Positions 48,649-60,560 of a stretch of DNA of 64,000 nt are shown here, piece by piece. The stretch spans positions 108,934,001 to 108,998,000 of the forward strand of contig OZ038378.1 of NCBI GenBank assembly GCA_964036045.1. The letters run 5' to 3'. The notes under the pieces are model-generated. The model did not search any database and was not told where the DNA came from. It was given only the letters and a program-made list of their open reading frames with translations. The DNA is from Eutreptiella sp. 'Long Island Sound 2002' (Eukaryota; Protista; Euglenida). The position numbers and the translations under genes are program-made. Numbering within the stretch: position 1 is the stretch's first letter; every line of letters begins with the position of its first letter.

Positions 48649-50298
48649 TCAAGCGTACATGCAATGCCTTTTTCTTCCGTCCCTTGTGGCCTTGCCAAGG
48701 GCAAGGCTTTGCCGGGCTGCTCGGTGTCGTAACCCCACGTCGAGGGTCTCAATGTTCAATACATGGGTGAGACCACATCGTGAAACGCGTGGGCGGCGAA
48801 GGCACCGCCCAAGCATGCTTTGTTTGACAACAAGTTTGAAACGCTTATGCCTGTGTTCCGCAGGTATACTGCAAAACACATAAAGGTTACTATATTTTTG
48901 GAGCACTGCTCCACAATGAGCCACTGTCCAGTGGACCCATGGGGTTGACTTCCAACCCAATTGGTGCCACGCCACACCGATTTTGCGGCAGTGAGTCTTG
49001 GCCTCTTGCACCTGGCCATTGGTCAATGGTGTCTTTTGCCTCCACAAGGCATATAGGTTACGCATATTGCGCACCAACACTTCAATTAGTGTCCACGGGA
49101 GGACACCACCAAACATGGTGTTAGGAAAATTGATCCTGAGGCCATGTGCAATTCCAACATGGTACTTGGGGTCTGTCACGACATAAAGGTGCGGATATCA
49201 AACTCCTTGCCGTGGTGGTCTTTTGGAAAAGCTTGTCAGCAAGAGCCACATGCTTTGCATTTGAAAAAAGGGTAGACCATGTATCGGCAAACTCACTAGC
49301 GATTCGCCGCACTCCAACAACGGCCACTGTCAGGGTGGTAATAGTTTCTCTTAGGCGCTTCTTGAAAGCATTGGTTACCCTACAACCTGCATTTGCTAGT
49401 CTCCAATGCGAATACACAAACTTCGAAGAAATGCGCCCCATTGAATTTCATTTACCATGCCCTGTATTGGCACCAACCCGGTGGCATCGGGGCAGAACCA
49501 CCAACACCCCCCCCCCCCCCCAGTTCCTCACCAGCATTAGTTTCCCATCGCGGTTGGTTTGTATTGAAACTTATTGCTTTCGCTTTTGACACGGAATGTA
49601 CAACTTTCTTGTAGGTGGATGATTTGGGCATTTAGGATCGCATCCTCATTTAAAGCCTGCAGCCATGCGGCGTCATCGGGCCCATCCACGCACGCCCACA
49701 TCACCCATTTATGGATGTCCCCTGCAAATAAAAACCGTGAGGCCAAGAAGTTTACAGAAACATGGATCTTAGTGACCGATGTGTGCAACAATGCCGTTGC
49801 ATCGGGGCATATTAAAGTCCAAATCTTCTCAGATTCCACTTCCAGCTCCCCTAGGGTCTCAGCTATCTTCAACTGCGTAAAAGCGAGGTGTTCTAGTGTT
49901 GATGTCGCCGCGCACCTCCGCTTGATAATGTTGGAGCCATTGATAGCGTAGGTTATGGTGGAGTACAGTGTTAACCTTGTGCGCGCTTCGGCAGGATCGC
50001 GGCGCGTGCATTCGCGCGGGAGGGCCCACGTGTGCCGTATTGATAACTTCAATCTCCTACCGGTGGCCCACAGTCCGATGGCGCGCACTACACGAGGGTG
50101 CTCATCGATGTCGTGCCCGGCAAAACAGATGTACAAGCCCACACCACCCTCAGCGACAACTGCCTCCGGATCCTGTAAAAGTTCCCGCATGGTGGCATGT
50201 CTGTGGTGCCGCCGCTCTGCTCGTGCCTTCCCCTTGATGGCCTTGTATGGCTTGAGCTGTGGTATGCTACCCACCAGTGCGGCACCCGCCTTTTCCAT
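48649..50298 (-). pseudogene. F1-c transposase, frameshifted
   Basis: MEKAGAALVG start, ICPDATALL, WVHWTVAH, IPAEHRHKRFK. Confidence 0.82.
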
Positions 50299-51189
50299 GG
50301 TTTCTGTGACAAACGGGAAAGGTGGGACCGCTGGAACCCCTGCTGAAGCCCCTTGCTACAACCCCTTTCAGCGTTGGAACCCTTTGCTAGAACCCATGCT
50401 GGAACCCCTTGCGGCGCTGGAACCTCCTTCCAGCGGACCCTTCCAGAGAACCCTTCCATCGCTGGAACCCCTTCCAGCACCCCTTCCAACACCCCCCTCC
50501 AGCACTGCGCCCCCCCCCCCTGTTTTGCCTTTCCCTTTCATCGAGGACCCCCCCCCAAGGCACAGGCAGAGGCACACTGCAGCAGTCAAAGGGTCAACAA
50601 TTTGCAATGTCGTACAGTGTGTTCATGTGTTGCACCCCTTGACACCACCCCTTTACTTCAAACCAAAATCAAAGAGACTACAATAATATCTCAAAACTTT
50701 GAATGAATGCATGCATATAGGGCGTGAATCTTGGTGACGTCCCCAAGGGGTAGGCTATGTGAAGCCTCCCACTCGTGACACCACCTTAGGCACATCGTGC
50801 ACATCGCAACTAATGTTCTACGCGAGGTAACACGCAACGTAGGGGCTAAAAACCAAAAAGTTTCCATTCAAGGTGGCGCACTGCCGTCCGCACAATCGCA
50901 GCGCACCACATACATGCACATGCACATGCAAGGTGGTATCTTAGGTCCCAACATATCTGCTCTCCAAGTCCCATCAGGTCTGCTCTCCAGGTCCCAATAG
51001 GTCTGCTCTCCAGGTCCCAACAGGGCTCATCTGCAGGTCGTAACAGGTTTCCTCTCCAGGTTCCAACAGGTCAGCTCTCCCGGTCCCAACCGGTCTCGTC
51101 ACCAGGTCCCAACAGGAGTCATCCGCAGGTGCCGACATGTCTCATCTCCAGGTCCCAAAAGGTCTCATCTCCGGTGCCTAGGGCCTCTT

Positions 51190-52270
51190 GTAATTGCCCG
51201 TCATCACCGCCAACAGCTCCTCTGCCTGTTGCTTTGCTTCGGCGGTCTTGGTGTTACTCGCCACCAGCTGCTTTTTCATGCTCTCACTCTCGAGCTCCAA
51301 CTCCCTGACGTGTTTCCGTTCGTTGTCCAACTAAGCCTGGCGTTCGCCCGTCCCGCGCGCGTCGTGTCAAGCTGCTTGGTCAGACGGCCAATCTGTGTCT
51401 CTGCCTTGCTCTTGGAGGCGTCAGCCATCGCCTTTGCCACTGCCGAAGGGACGCAATCTCTCAGGCTCACACTTGTCTGCTGTGTCAGGGAGTCCTTGCA
51501 CCGTTGTACCACATCGTCTGCCATAGCCCGAACGTCAACCATTTGCTGGGACTGCTCGGACTGGCAGCACTGCAAGTGCGATGACTGAGATGCCCGGGTT
51601 GTTTGGGCCTTGTCCTTGTCCTTGTCCTTGTCATTGCGCTGGGCTTTGTCCTTGCGTCTCTCCTTTGGCTCGTCCTTGGCTTTGTACTTGCCTTTGTCTT
51701 TGTCTTTGTGCTTCGGCTGCTCCTTGTCCTCCGCATCATCGTCGTATCCTTCCACCTTAACTGCAGCGCCCCTTGTGTGCCCTCGGCAAGCAACGTAACT
51801 CTCCTTGCGCTCGTTCACCCATGCATGCGAACACCTTCATGACAGACTCAAGAACCTCATCTCCTGCAACGCCTTGCAGCCCCCGCAGACCATACAACAC
51901 GCTCTGCCCATCCTCCTCATGGTACATCTGGTACGACCAAGATCGGTGGAGCCCTTTTCCAACACCAAACATGTACTCGGTTCGCTTCTTACCTTGCGGA
52001 CCATTCACACGGACTGGAAACGTGCACACAACCGTCATGCCGCTCGGTGTCGCCATATTGAGCTCCAGAACCTTGTACCACAGCGTTTGACAAGACTGGA
52101 ACATGAGCTCGGCCACAGTCCCCGGCTTCGCTGCTGCACTCGTTGGCAAAGTCACCACCTTGCAGGCGTGCCACGCGACCAACACGCTGTCCACCACAGA
52201 TGCTGCACTGTCCCCTCCCGCCTGCGGCTCAGCCACCGACTCGTCCCGCTGTACCATTTGAGGCTAAACA
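51190..52270 (-). pseudogene. F1-c ORF B
   Basis: MVQRDESVAEPQAGG...RSWSYQMYHEEDG, KD-rich linker and coiled coil; matches 30156-31248. Confidence 0.72.
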
Positions 52271-52549
52271 TCGACTGTAGCCTGAAAGAGGACGGAATGC
52301 AAGTGAAACGGGTGATACGATACCTGCTGGAACCCTGCCGAAACCCCCCTACCAGCGCTGGAGCCCCTCCCAACGGACCCTGCGAGCGGACCCTTCCAGC
52401 GCTAGAAACCCCCTTCCAGCACCTTTTTGGCACCCTTCCAGCAGACCCTTCCAGCGCTGGAACCCCTTCCAGCACCCCTTCGAGCGACCTTCCAGCACCC
52501 CCCCCCCCCGCGAGGCCTGTTTTGCCTAAAGCTTTAGCCCCACCACACT

Positions 52550-54640
52550 GCAGGCTCATACCTGTTGGCAAGGGCAGCAGTATTCCTTCGGGCGCTCGGG
52601 GTTGGCCACCAGAAGCCCCGATGAGACCACGACAAACGTGTCAACGACGCGCGGGTGGGTGCCTGCCACATCCCATCCAAGTACTTCAGCGATCAGGGGG
52701 TCCACGGTGTCCTCCACCACTGCCATCCCACCCACCTGGCCTTCGCGCACCACCATCACGCTGCCCGGCTGTGTGGCAATGACGGGGAACTTGCTTGAGG
52801 TCGGGGCCTCCAATTCCTCCTCCTCGTGGGTAAAGGGGCCCAAGGGACAATGTTCGGGGGCGCCAGGTTAGGCGGACGTGTCGATCATCGGACCCGCGAA
52901 AATCTCTGCCGCCCGTGGCCCTAGGCGATGCGTGGTGTACAGCACCGTTTGGGCCAAGGGCATCATCACCAAAGCCGCAAACCCGCACAGATCCTCCTCC
53001 ACAATCTTCTGCGTCCCCAGATCCTCATCAACTTCCGCTGCTCCCTCGGCTGACATCGCCACGGCCTCGACATCAGGTCCAGGGGCAGCCTCCACAGCAG
53101 GTCCAGGGGCGGCTTCCAGAGCAGGAACCCCAGAATCCCGCTGACAGTCTGCACAGAGTTGCCCGACATGTATAGCACAAAGAAGACGTTCGTCACAGGC
53201 AAAACACTTCGCTGGTGGGTCGGCCTTCACCACGCGGTTGCACTGCGCTGCTGTACACTGCACGGCCGTTGGGGACGGTGGCGACGGTTGTTGCGTGGGC
53301 GCTTCCGCCCAGGGTGGCGGGATGATCGGCACTGTCGTCTCGTAGTCGACGCGGCGTGTGGCAATGGCGGCAAAGGCAATGATACGGGTTGATCCAGGCG
53401 GCGCATGTGTGGGGACAGCCCCACCACGGTGAATGATGTAACTGCTCAAGATCCAAAGGTTGCCCGCAAGCATACTCATCGAGACCTCCTGCCACGGATA
53501 GGGAACACTAGAGCCAGAACCGTACATGAACATGTTCTCGCGACCGTCCATGGGGCCGTCCGGATTCACAGGCATGAAGCAAGAGAAGGCGTGCTCCGCC
53601 CCAACGGTTTACAACTCCAGCGGCAGACCCGATGCCATAGTTGTGGCTGATCCGACGTTGCCCAGACGTACCAAACCTTCACCAAGAACAGACCCGGGTA
53701 CTTCAGAGAGAGACCTTGCAGAACTGTTTGCGCCCAAAATACAACGTGAGGAAGGTGAAGACCTTCTTGAACCCCGTTGCCCGTCGGAATCACCGCGTAC
53801 ACCGCACCCCTATCTCTTGGATCGGGTGGCCGGTTTGGGATTGGCCATGCCACGTTGAAGATGCCGCCCCACCTCTGGCCCACGTTGTCTTCCTCGATCT
53901 TCATGTTCGCCAGCATGTCGCCATCACGAGCCACGAAATCCTTCTTGAACACATGCCTCGTCCGACCCAACTCCGAGATTTCCTCGTTCCCTTCCCAGAA
54001 GATGTCCACCGGTCCGCTTGTCCCAATTAGCGGCAAGGCGTGGCACATGGGGAGGGGCAAGACCGCGTCCTCGCTCTCCATCAACACCGGCGTAGTCAAC
54101 CCCACGAGCTCCGGCTTCCACCGTAAGGGGGAGTGGCTCGTGAGGGAGTTGTTGGGTAGGGCCATGGCGGCCTTGCTTTCCACCACGTACCGGAGGGTGT
54201 CGAGGTGGGGGTGCTTGAAGGGGTACTTGTCCTTCCCGGCCTTGTTGGTGGTGGGCCTGTGGGCCGCGAAGAGGAGCGTGGTGCCCTCCGTCCCCACATG
54301 ACGCCGTTGCGTCTTGTTGACCGCGGGGTTCACCCGCCCGGTTGAATGACATCATCCACGTCGTTGGCGTGCGACCTGACCTGCAGGATCGGCACGTCGG
54401 GGTTGTGCTCGAGGACCCCGTGCAGCCGGTCGGTGAGGGCGCAGGGCTGCTTGTCGGCGGCGACGAGGGGGCGGGCGAGGCTGATGCGGGCAATGGTGGT
54501 GCCCGGTGGGATCATCACCTTGGTGTCGAGGTGGGCAGCGAGGTCGGTGCAGCCCAACCCATTGGGGCCCGCATAGCCCCGAGTGCCCAGGGCAGCCCCG
54601 GCAGCCTCGGTCCAGTCGACCAAGGGGGCCAACAAAGGCA
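52550..54640 (-). pseudogene. F1-c ORF A dioxygenase with Cys/His C-terminal cluster, frameshifted
   Basis: ORFs 53566-54333 (QLWHR) and 52868-53575 (YIIHRGG, STRIIAF, CTAAQC..KCFAC..LCAIH..LCADC). Confidence 0.8.
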
Positions 54641-55306
54641 TCTGGGCTGAAATGCAAGGGAACAAAAAAGAAAGATAGGTGTTGGATCCCCTACTGGAAC
54701 CGCTTGCTGGAACCCCTTTCTGCGCTGGAGCCCTGTGCTGGAACCTTGCTGGAACCCCCTTTTTGCGCCGGAACCCCTGCTGAAACCCCTGCTGGAATCC
54801 CCTTTCTGTGGTGGAGCCCCTGCTGGAACCCACCTTTGTGCGCTTTAGGTCATTTTGGGAAATTCAACATAGCCTGTGGCCCTTCACAACCTAGGCTTGC
54901 TTTGGACTTAGGACGCTGATAGGAACACCTACAGTGACTCTTATGTATTGTAAACGTGTGCACATCGTGGTTCTAGTGGTACCCATGTACCCTTCGTGAA
55001 CGGCCGTTAAGTGGCCGTTTGAATAATTGCGTGAATTTCACGTGAATTTACCCAAATTTTGAAGTTTTTGGGGTAAAATGCCATATTCTTGGTTCATTCC
55101 AAGGGATTTGAGGGGCCAAAATTCCTCCCCCGGCTTTGTTACACATCATCCAATGAAAGTCCCGCCCCAAAAGCATCCATCATGTCCGAACCGTGCCCAA
55201 CACGAGAGGTGCCGAAACCCGGCAAGCTCGTAGCCGATTGACAGCCGTGAATGCACGTGAATTCGTACGAAATTGGCACGAATTTCGTACGAATTTCGTA
55301 CGAATT

Positions 55307-57650
55307 TCACGTGAATTCACGTGATTTTACAAAAATGTTACCGGTGTGCACCCCGTGATTTGTCCTCACACCCCCAGTAGGCCCCCCATCATGCACCCCG
55401 GTCAAAGGCAACAATGGTCTGGGTTTGTATGGTGATCTCATGTCCGTCTCTTGCGGTACCGGAACCGCCGCTGTACAGTCTGAAGGTGCTGCATGTCGGT
55501 TAGAAGCCGTCTTCTTGTACGGCTTGCATGGGTTTGTACACTTATGGGCCCTTGCCCAGGTTTTTTGTCTTTTGGTCGCATCCCACCCATGCAACCAAAG
55601 GCTATCGTCAATGGTGTGGTTATACACAACCACTTGCACCCCTAGTCTCCCCCGGAGGAGGCTTAGGCCCCCGCTGTTGCGCAACATGCGCTTCAGCCTC
55701 CGGTGACTTCCCTCCATGGCAAAGCAGGAGAACTTTGACAAGATTCTCCACTTCTTTGCAAAATAATACATGTGATTGGTCCAAAGATGCGTCCACAGAA
55801 GTTTGCCCACTGGAGCTCATTGTGGGCAGCGCCCATGGCTACGCTATGGTTCCGGAGCCGCCCCAAGTCGGCCCCGGAGAACCATGCGGAACGCCACGCG
55901 TATACACACATGCTTGCAAACTTCTCCCACCACGTTTTGCATACCGAATCCCAACCTTTTCCCCCTACTTGAGGCTGCCTCACACTAGGCTGCTGTAGGC
56001 AAGCATCTATTATCTTCTCCCAACCCCTATTCCGTATGAAATGGATGGCAGCAGCACACTCCATCCTCACCTTCCCCTTGCTGTTTGCCTTGTCATTATT
56101 AGTGAGGCACGGGTGCAAGTTCGTGCAGCAAGCCGTGCCTCATCTAGAACCGGTTGCAGCATGGTGCGTGCCACGGTGGCCAGTGCCTTCCCTGTCAATT
56201 GAACAACTAGGTCCCGTGTCCCGTTGATGCCACACAACGGGACACGAAGGACCCCATGGAGGCCATAATCAGGCACTCGCCTATCACTCGTAATGGTCCT
56301 ATATATAGCACCTATGGCAACGGCCGCTTCCTAGTTGCCGTCTATTGCACTTGATGTGCCAAAGGTAGCAAGGAACAGAGCACGGTTACGCATGCAAACC
56401 CGCCCTGAGCACTTGTGCTTTACCATCTGCACACAGAAAAAAAAGGGACTGCCTATCGTTCCCTCCCGTACCCTTAAAACTTCCGGTTGCGGCGTTGCGC
56501 AACTCGTCATCAAAATCAATTTCTTGGGAGGCCGCGTGGAGGGTCTCCCACTTTTCGCTGCCCCCTAGTAGCCACCAACTAGGTAGTTGGTTGGGGCTGG
56601 CGCGACTCGGCGTCCCGCCTGTCCTCGTTAGCCCTGGACAGACGGGCCTCGAGGTCGCGGTTGGCGGCCTCCGCGCTGATCGCGCGCGCCTCCCACGCCC
56701 GCGCCCGCTGCTGCTCCACCCACTCGTGCACTGCCCTCCTCTGCCCCCGCCCCGCCGCCGGCTCCGCCCGCTCCGCCCGCTCCGCCCACTCCACCGGGGT
56801 GGCCGTACGTGGGGCTTTCGGGGGGGGGGGGGGGGCTCCGTGTCCCCTTGGGGGCGGCCTTTCCACTTGCGGGCCGAGGGGGTGGGGGGTTCGCCCTGCT
56901 CCTCGACGTCAATGACGTCAGCCACCCCCATCTTCCGCTACCTCCCCACATGGACGCGCATGGAAAGCCATGCCACGGCCGCCCACTCCGGCCTCCGCTG
57001 GTCCCAACCCGTGAACACATTCAGCCCAAACACCCCGGCCGTGGTCACCGTCCCCTCCTCCCCAAACCGCGACACTCCGGTCTGCACCCGCCAGTGCCCA
57101 CTCACAAGCCTGTAGGCAAACAGGCCCACCAGCTCCTGCCCCTCGGGCAGGTTGGACCCCTCCATGACGACAATTGGTCAGGGGAAAGAGATGCGGAGGG
57201 TGCCCTGCACTCCCCGGGACTCCAAGACCATGTCCCACACGGCAGAGAGATGCCGCTACCGCCCATGGGGCCCGAGCGGCACCTTCTGGGTCCAGGGCGG
57301 ATCCGGCTGCCTGGCGGTGAGGGTGACCCGGTCCAAGGGGGGCTCGGTGTGGGCCTCGCCCAAGTCGTCGCGGGACGGCATGGGCACGAACACCCCGCGC
57401 GCCACATGCCCCGCAGCGGTGCTGGCCTCGCTGCCAGCGCCTGCCGAACGTCCAGAGCGCCGAGAGCCCTCACTGCGCGCACTGCCGGCCTCGCTGGGGG
57501 CCCGTCCACCACCGGAGCCTCCGGGCCGGTCGCCACCGGTGCCTCTGGGATGGTCGCCGTGCTCCTCGGGCAATCGAGCCCGGGGCTGGCACTTGCGCCG
57601 GGTGTGGTGCCGAATGTGCGGCGACCACGCGAAGAACGGCACCTACAGAC
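55307..57650 (-). pseudogene. F2 transposase, fragmented
   Basis: FLCADGKAQ (second Asp), MPDYGLHGVLRV, THLWTNH, FAMEGSHRRLK in successive minus-strand ORFs; the 5' extent is uncertain. Confidence 0.7.
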
Positions 57651-57749
57651 GAGGGGAAGTGTGCAAGGCACAAATGGAGAAAGGGGGAGTGGACATGAAG
57701 CAATGCAACAACAAAACGAAGAAATTGAACGAAATTCACAGAAATTCGT

Positions 57750-57870
57750 ACCAAATCCGTACGAAATTCGTACGAATTTCGTACGAATTTCACATTGCCA
57801 AAATATTCACACAAATTCATTCACGTGAAATTCGTACGAAATTCGTACCAATTTCGTACCAATTTCACGA
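57750..57870. repeat. Cluster of palindromic TTCGTACGAA units; further clusters at ~55260-55310 and ~59390-59420
   Basis: AAATTCGTACGAA repeats directly visible at the three sites within F2. Confidence 0.9.
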
Positions 57871-58062
57871 GAATTTCGTCCAATTTTCCACTAAACAAAG
57901 CAAACACACAAGCAAGGACACCTTGCACTCACATGGGCATGTGGTTGACCATGCCCCGGTCTTCGCGCACTTGGGCGACCGCCACGCTGGGGCCGCGTTC
58001 GCCAGATGCCGCAACGTGGTCGGCCGCTCCGGAGGGGCAATGCCGGTCATGGCGAAGTGGAT

Positions 58063-59377
58063 CTATGACTCCGCATTGGCGTTGTCCCCCTTGCAGACCT
58101 CGATCTGTCGCACACTCCCCACGGAGAAGAGCATGCACTGCTCGCCGACCTCGATGACGGCGAGGTCGGAGGCCGGGGCCGACCGGGAGAGGAAGGTGGG
58201 GTGGAAGGGGCAGGTGGGGGGGCCGGCCGGGACCGACTCCGGGGGGTCGGCGAAGAGGGCCTGGGCAGCATCCCCCTCCAACAACCCCACCCTCCCAACC
58301 GCCCCCTTCCCCACCCACAACTCCTGGTCCACGCTGGGGAAGTCCCAACTGGACAAATCCCCAGCAACGACCAGGGCCTCCTTGGGGGGGGGGGGGTCGA
58401 GGTGTGTGGTGTTGGGCTGGTGGTGTTTGTGTGCGCGGTCGGGGGTCCACAAGTGCAAAAGAGCCCCCTGCAGCCCATCCTTGGAGTCGGGGAGGGCGGG
58501 CAGCCCATGGTGGCAGCTGGTGGCCACCGTCAGCAGCGTGTCCCCCCTGTGCAGCTCAATGGTGTCCTGGGGCGCCTCCCCTGCCTCCCCCAGGGCCGTC
58601 CCCGCCTGCACCGCCACCTTGTAGTCCTCTGACAAGCAGAGGAAGCTACTCAGGTGGCACCCCGAGATGTCGTTGCTGTTGGGGGCGAGCACCTCGGGTT
58701 GGGTGGCGAAATCGGAGTGGGGGAGCTGCGGCCCACTCCCCACACTCGCCACGATGACGCTGCCCGGCGTCATTGCGTGGAGGTCCCCAACCTGAGGGAC
58801 ACTTTCGGTGAGGTGGGGGTGGAACTTCTTGAAGAGAGGCCCCCCCGGCCCCGACGCCAAGTTGCTCTTGCTTTGGCAACGCTAGGGGAGCTCAGGATCC
58901 TTGGCCTGATCTTCATTCCGCGCGGCAGTACACCTGGACGTGGGCGTCCTCAGGCTTCCCCGCGGGGTTAGTACGCATGGAATTGAGGAGCTGGGTAACG
59001 CTGGAAGGGAGAGGGGTCAGATGCAGAAATTGAAGGGAGGGGAGTTGGCGGCGCAGTTGCCTCCACAACGGTGTGGCCCTGCCCCTCCCCCCAAGGCAGG
59101 AGTTGCGGGTGGGGCTGCGCATGTCGATGTGAATGACCTCGGGGGAGGGGTCCAGGGATGTTGCCCAGCCCACAACATCATCCACCCCCAGTGCCCCCAA
59201 CAGGTACGCCGCCTCCTCCAATTGATGGTGGGAGACGGGGAGGGCTTGGTAGTGGCCGAGGGTGTCGGCTGAGGGGTCGGTGCGTGAGGCCAGACTGGCG
59301 AGCTCGGACATAATTTGCTGGGACATTGTCAAAAGAGAATGCGAAGAGAGTTTAAGAGCTGTGAGAAAGCGAAACAA
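58063..59377 (-). pseudogene. F2 PhyH-like 2OG-Fe(II) dioxygenase (catalytic ORF 58063-58860; N-terminal part 58913-59377)
   Basis: GPQLPHSDF ... IELHRGDTLLTVATSCHHG (HxD...H); the two ORFs are separated by stops or a frameshift. Confidence 0.72.
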
Positions 59378-60504
59378 TGCAAATGAGGGTGAATTCGTAC
59401 GAAATTCGTACGAAATTCATACGAATTGCATATTCTCGTGAATCTGTGAATCTAGCGTGAATTTATGCGTGAATTTGGGTGCGTGAACGTCCACGCACCC
59501 GAATTCACGCGAATCTCACCAAATGTGTTGAACCATGCGGCTACTTCAAAACTGTAAATTGCAGACATTTGTCGGATCTTACTTTGGGCGAAGATAGCCG
59601 GACAAAAGCACACGATAGCACCAAGTTACGAGCAAAACACAGCTAAATTGGGTGAAGTTCACGGTACCGTGAATCTCGGATTCAAACGGCCGGTTCACGA
59701 AGGGTACACAAAAGGGGGGTGGGGTTTCTGTGCACACCTTCTAGCGACACACCCCGGAGAGGAGTTTGGGACAAGACCCTAATGCCGCTCGCCGTATTAT
59801 ACGGGTCTTAACCACAAAAGTGAGTGCGTTCCCAAAAACCCCCAGCAAGCAAGCAAGCTTAAGGAGTCCGCCCGTTGTCTTAAAGAACGTAGGGCGGAAC
59901 CCTGGGTAACCTAAACAAGGTTTACCGCGTGCATAGCGCGTGGCCTATCCTCGTTGATGCATCATATGCATGCTCATGCACGAGCCAACTACCTGCACAG
60001 AACCCAGCAATCCGGACTCAACAAGGAGGTGGCCCTCCTGGGCTTACTCACCTTAGCACCCATCTTTTTGTCAAATTGACAAGCAATAGCTTCAGTAGTC
60101 CAAGACAACCCCCCCCCTCCGGCTGAGGCCGCCCAACAAAATCTGCAACTGGTTGCTTACCACCTTTGCCTCTTCCTTTAATAACCAGTGTTGCACATAG
60201 ATGCCGAAGCAAATGCACCCATTAACGTGTACCAATCCCTTTTTACGGGGCCTGCCGGTGTGGGCAGTGGGATGCAACGTTCTAAGGCTTGGTGCGGGAC
60301 CCCTGGTTAGAGCACAAACTCTGGAACAGCCACCTAGCCTCCATTTTGGGGCAAACCAGCTAAAAAAATGGGTTCGGCACCCTCAAAAAACCCCCATCCC
60401 CTTTCTTTCCCCACACTACCCTCATCGTAGGGGTGGGTTTTTTTTTGGGGGGGGGGGCAAAAAGTTAGGGCAGAGTTGGAGCACCTTGCTCAAACTAGTT
60501 AGAG

Positions 60505-60560
60505 CACTAGTTATCGCGCGATAACTCAGTTATCGCGCAATTATCGCGGGTAGTTATCGG
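60505..60560. repeat. GTTATCGC subterminal repeats of F4; inverted GCGATAAC cluster at 63905-63995
   Basis: Opposite-orientation clusters bracket the F4 transposase; the true termini are not resolved and the right one may lie beyond the window. Confidence 0.65.

Larger units (their letters stand above)
54986..59708 (-). mobile_element. F2: 4723-bp TIR transposon with dioxygenase and RAG1/CMC-like transposase
   Basis: TIR TGTACCCTTCGTGAAC(G/C)G(C/G)C at both ends. CA is duplicated at 54984-54985 and 59709-59710 relative to the empty site ACCCAAAAGG in F1-b. Confidence 0.9.
48225..59755 (-). mobile_element. F1-c: third F1 copy, with F2 nested ~45 bp inside its right end
   Basis: Left end TGGGGTGCGCGGCTAGAAGGTGTGC; right end GCACACCTTCTAGCGACACACCCC. 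Internal collinearity with F1-a and F1-b; the flanks do not give a matching TSD. Confidence 0.85.

Noticed and set aside
48223-59758. TSD for F1-c
   Set aside because: The left flank ends TA and the right end reads CCCC-G-GA; there is no match, possibly because of recombination or terminal damage.
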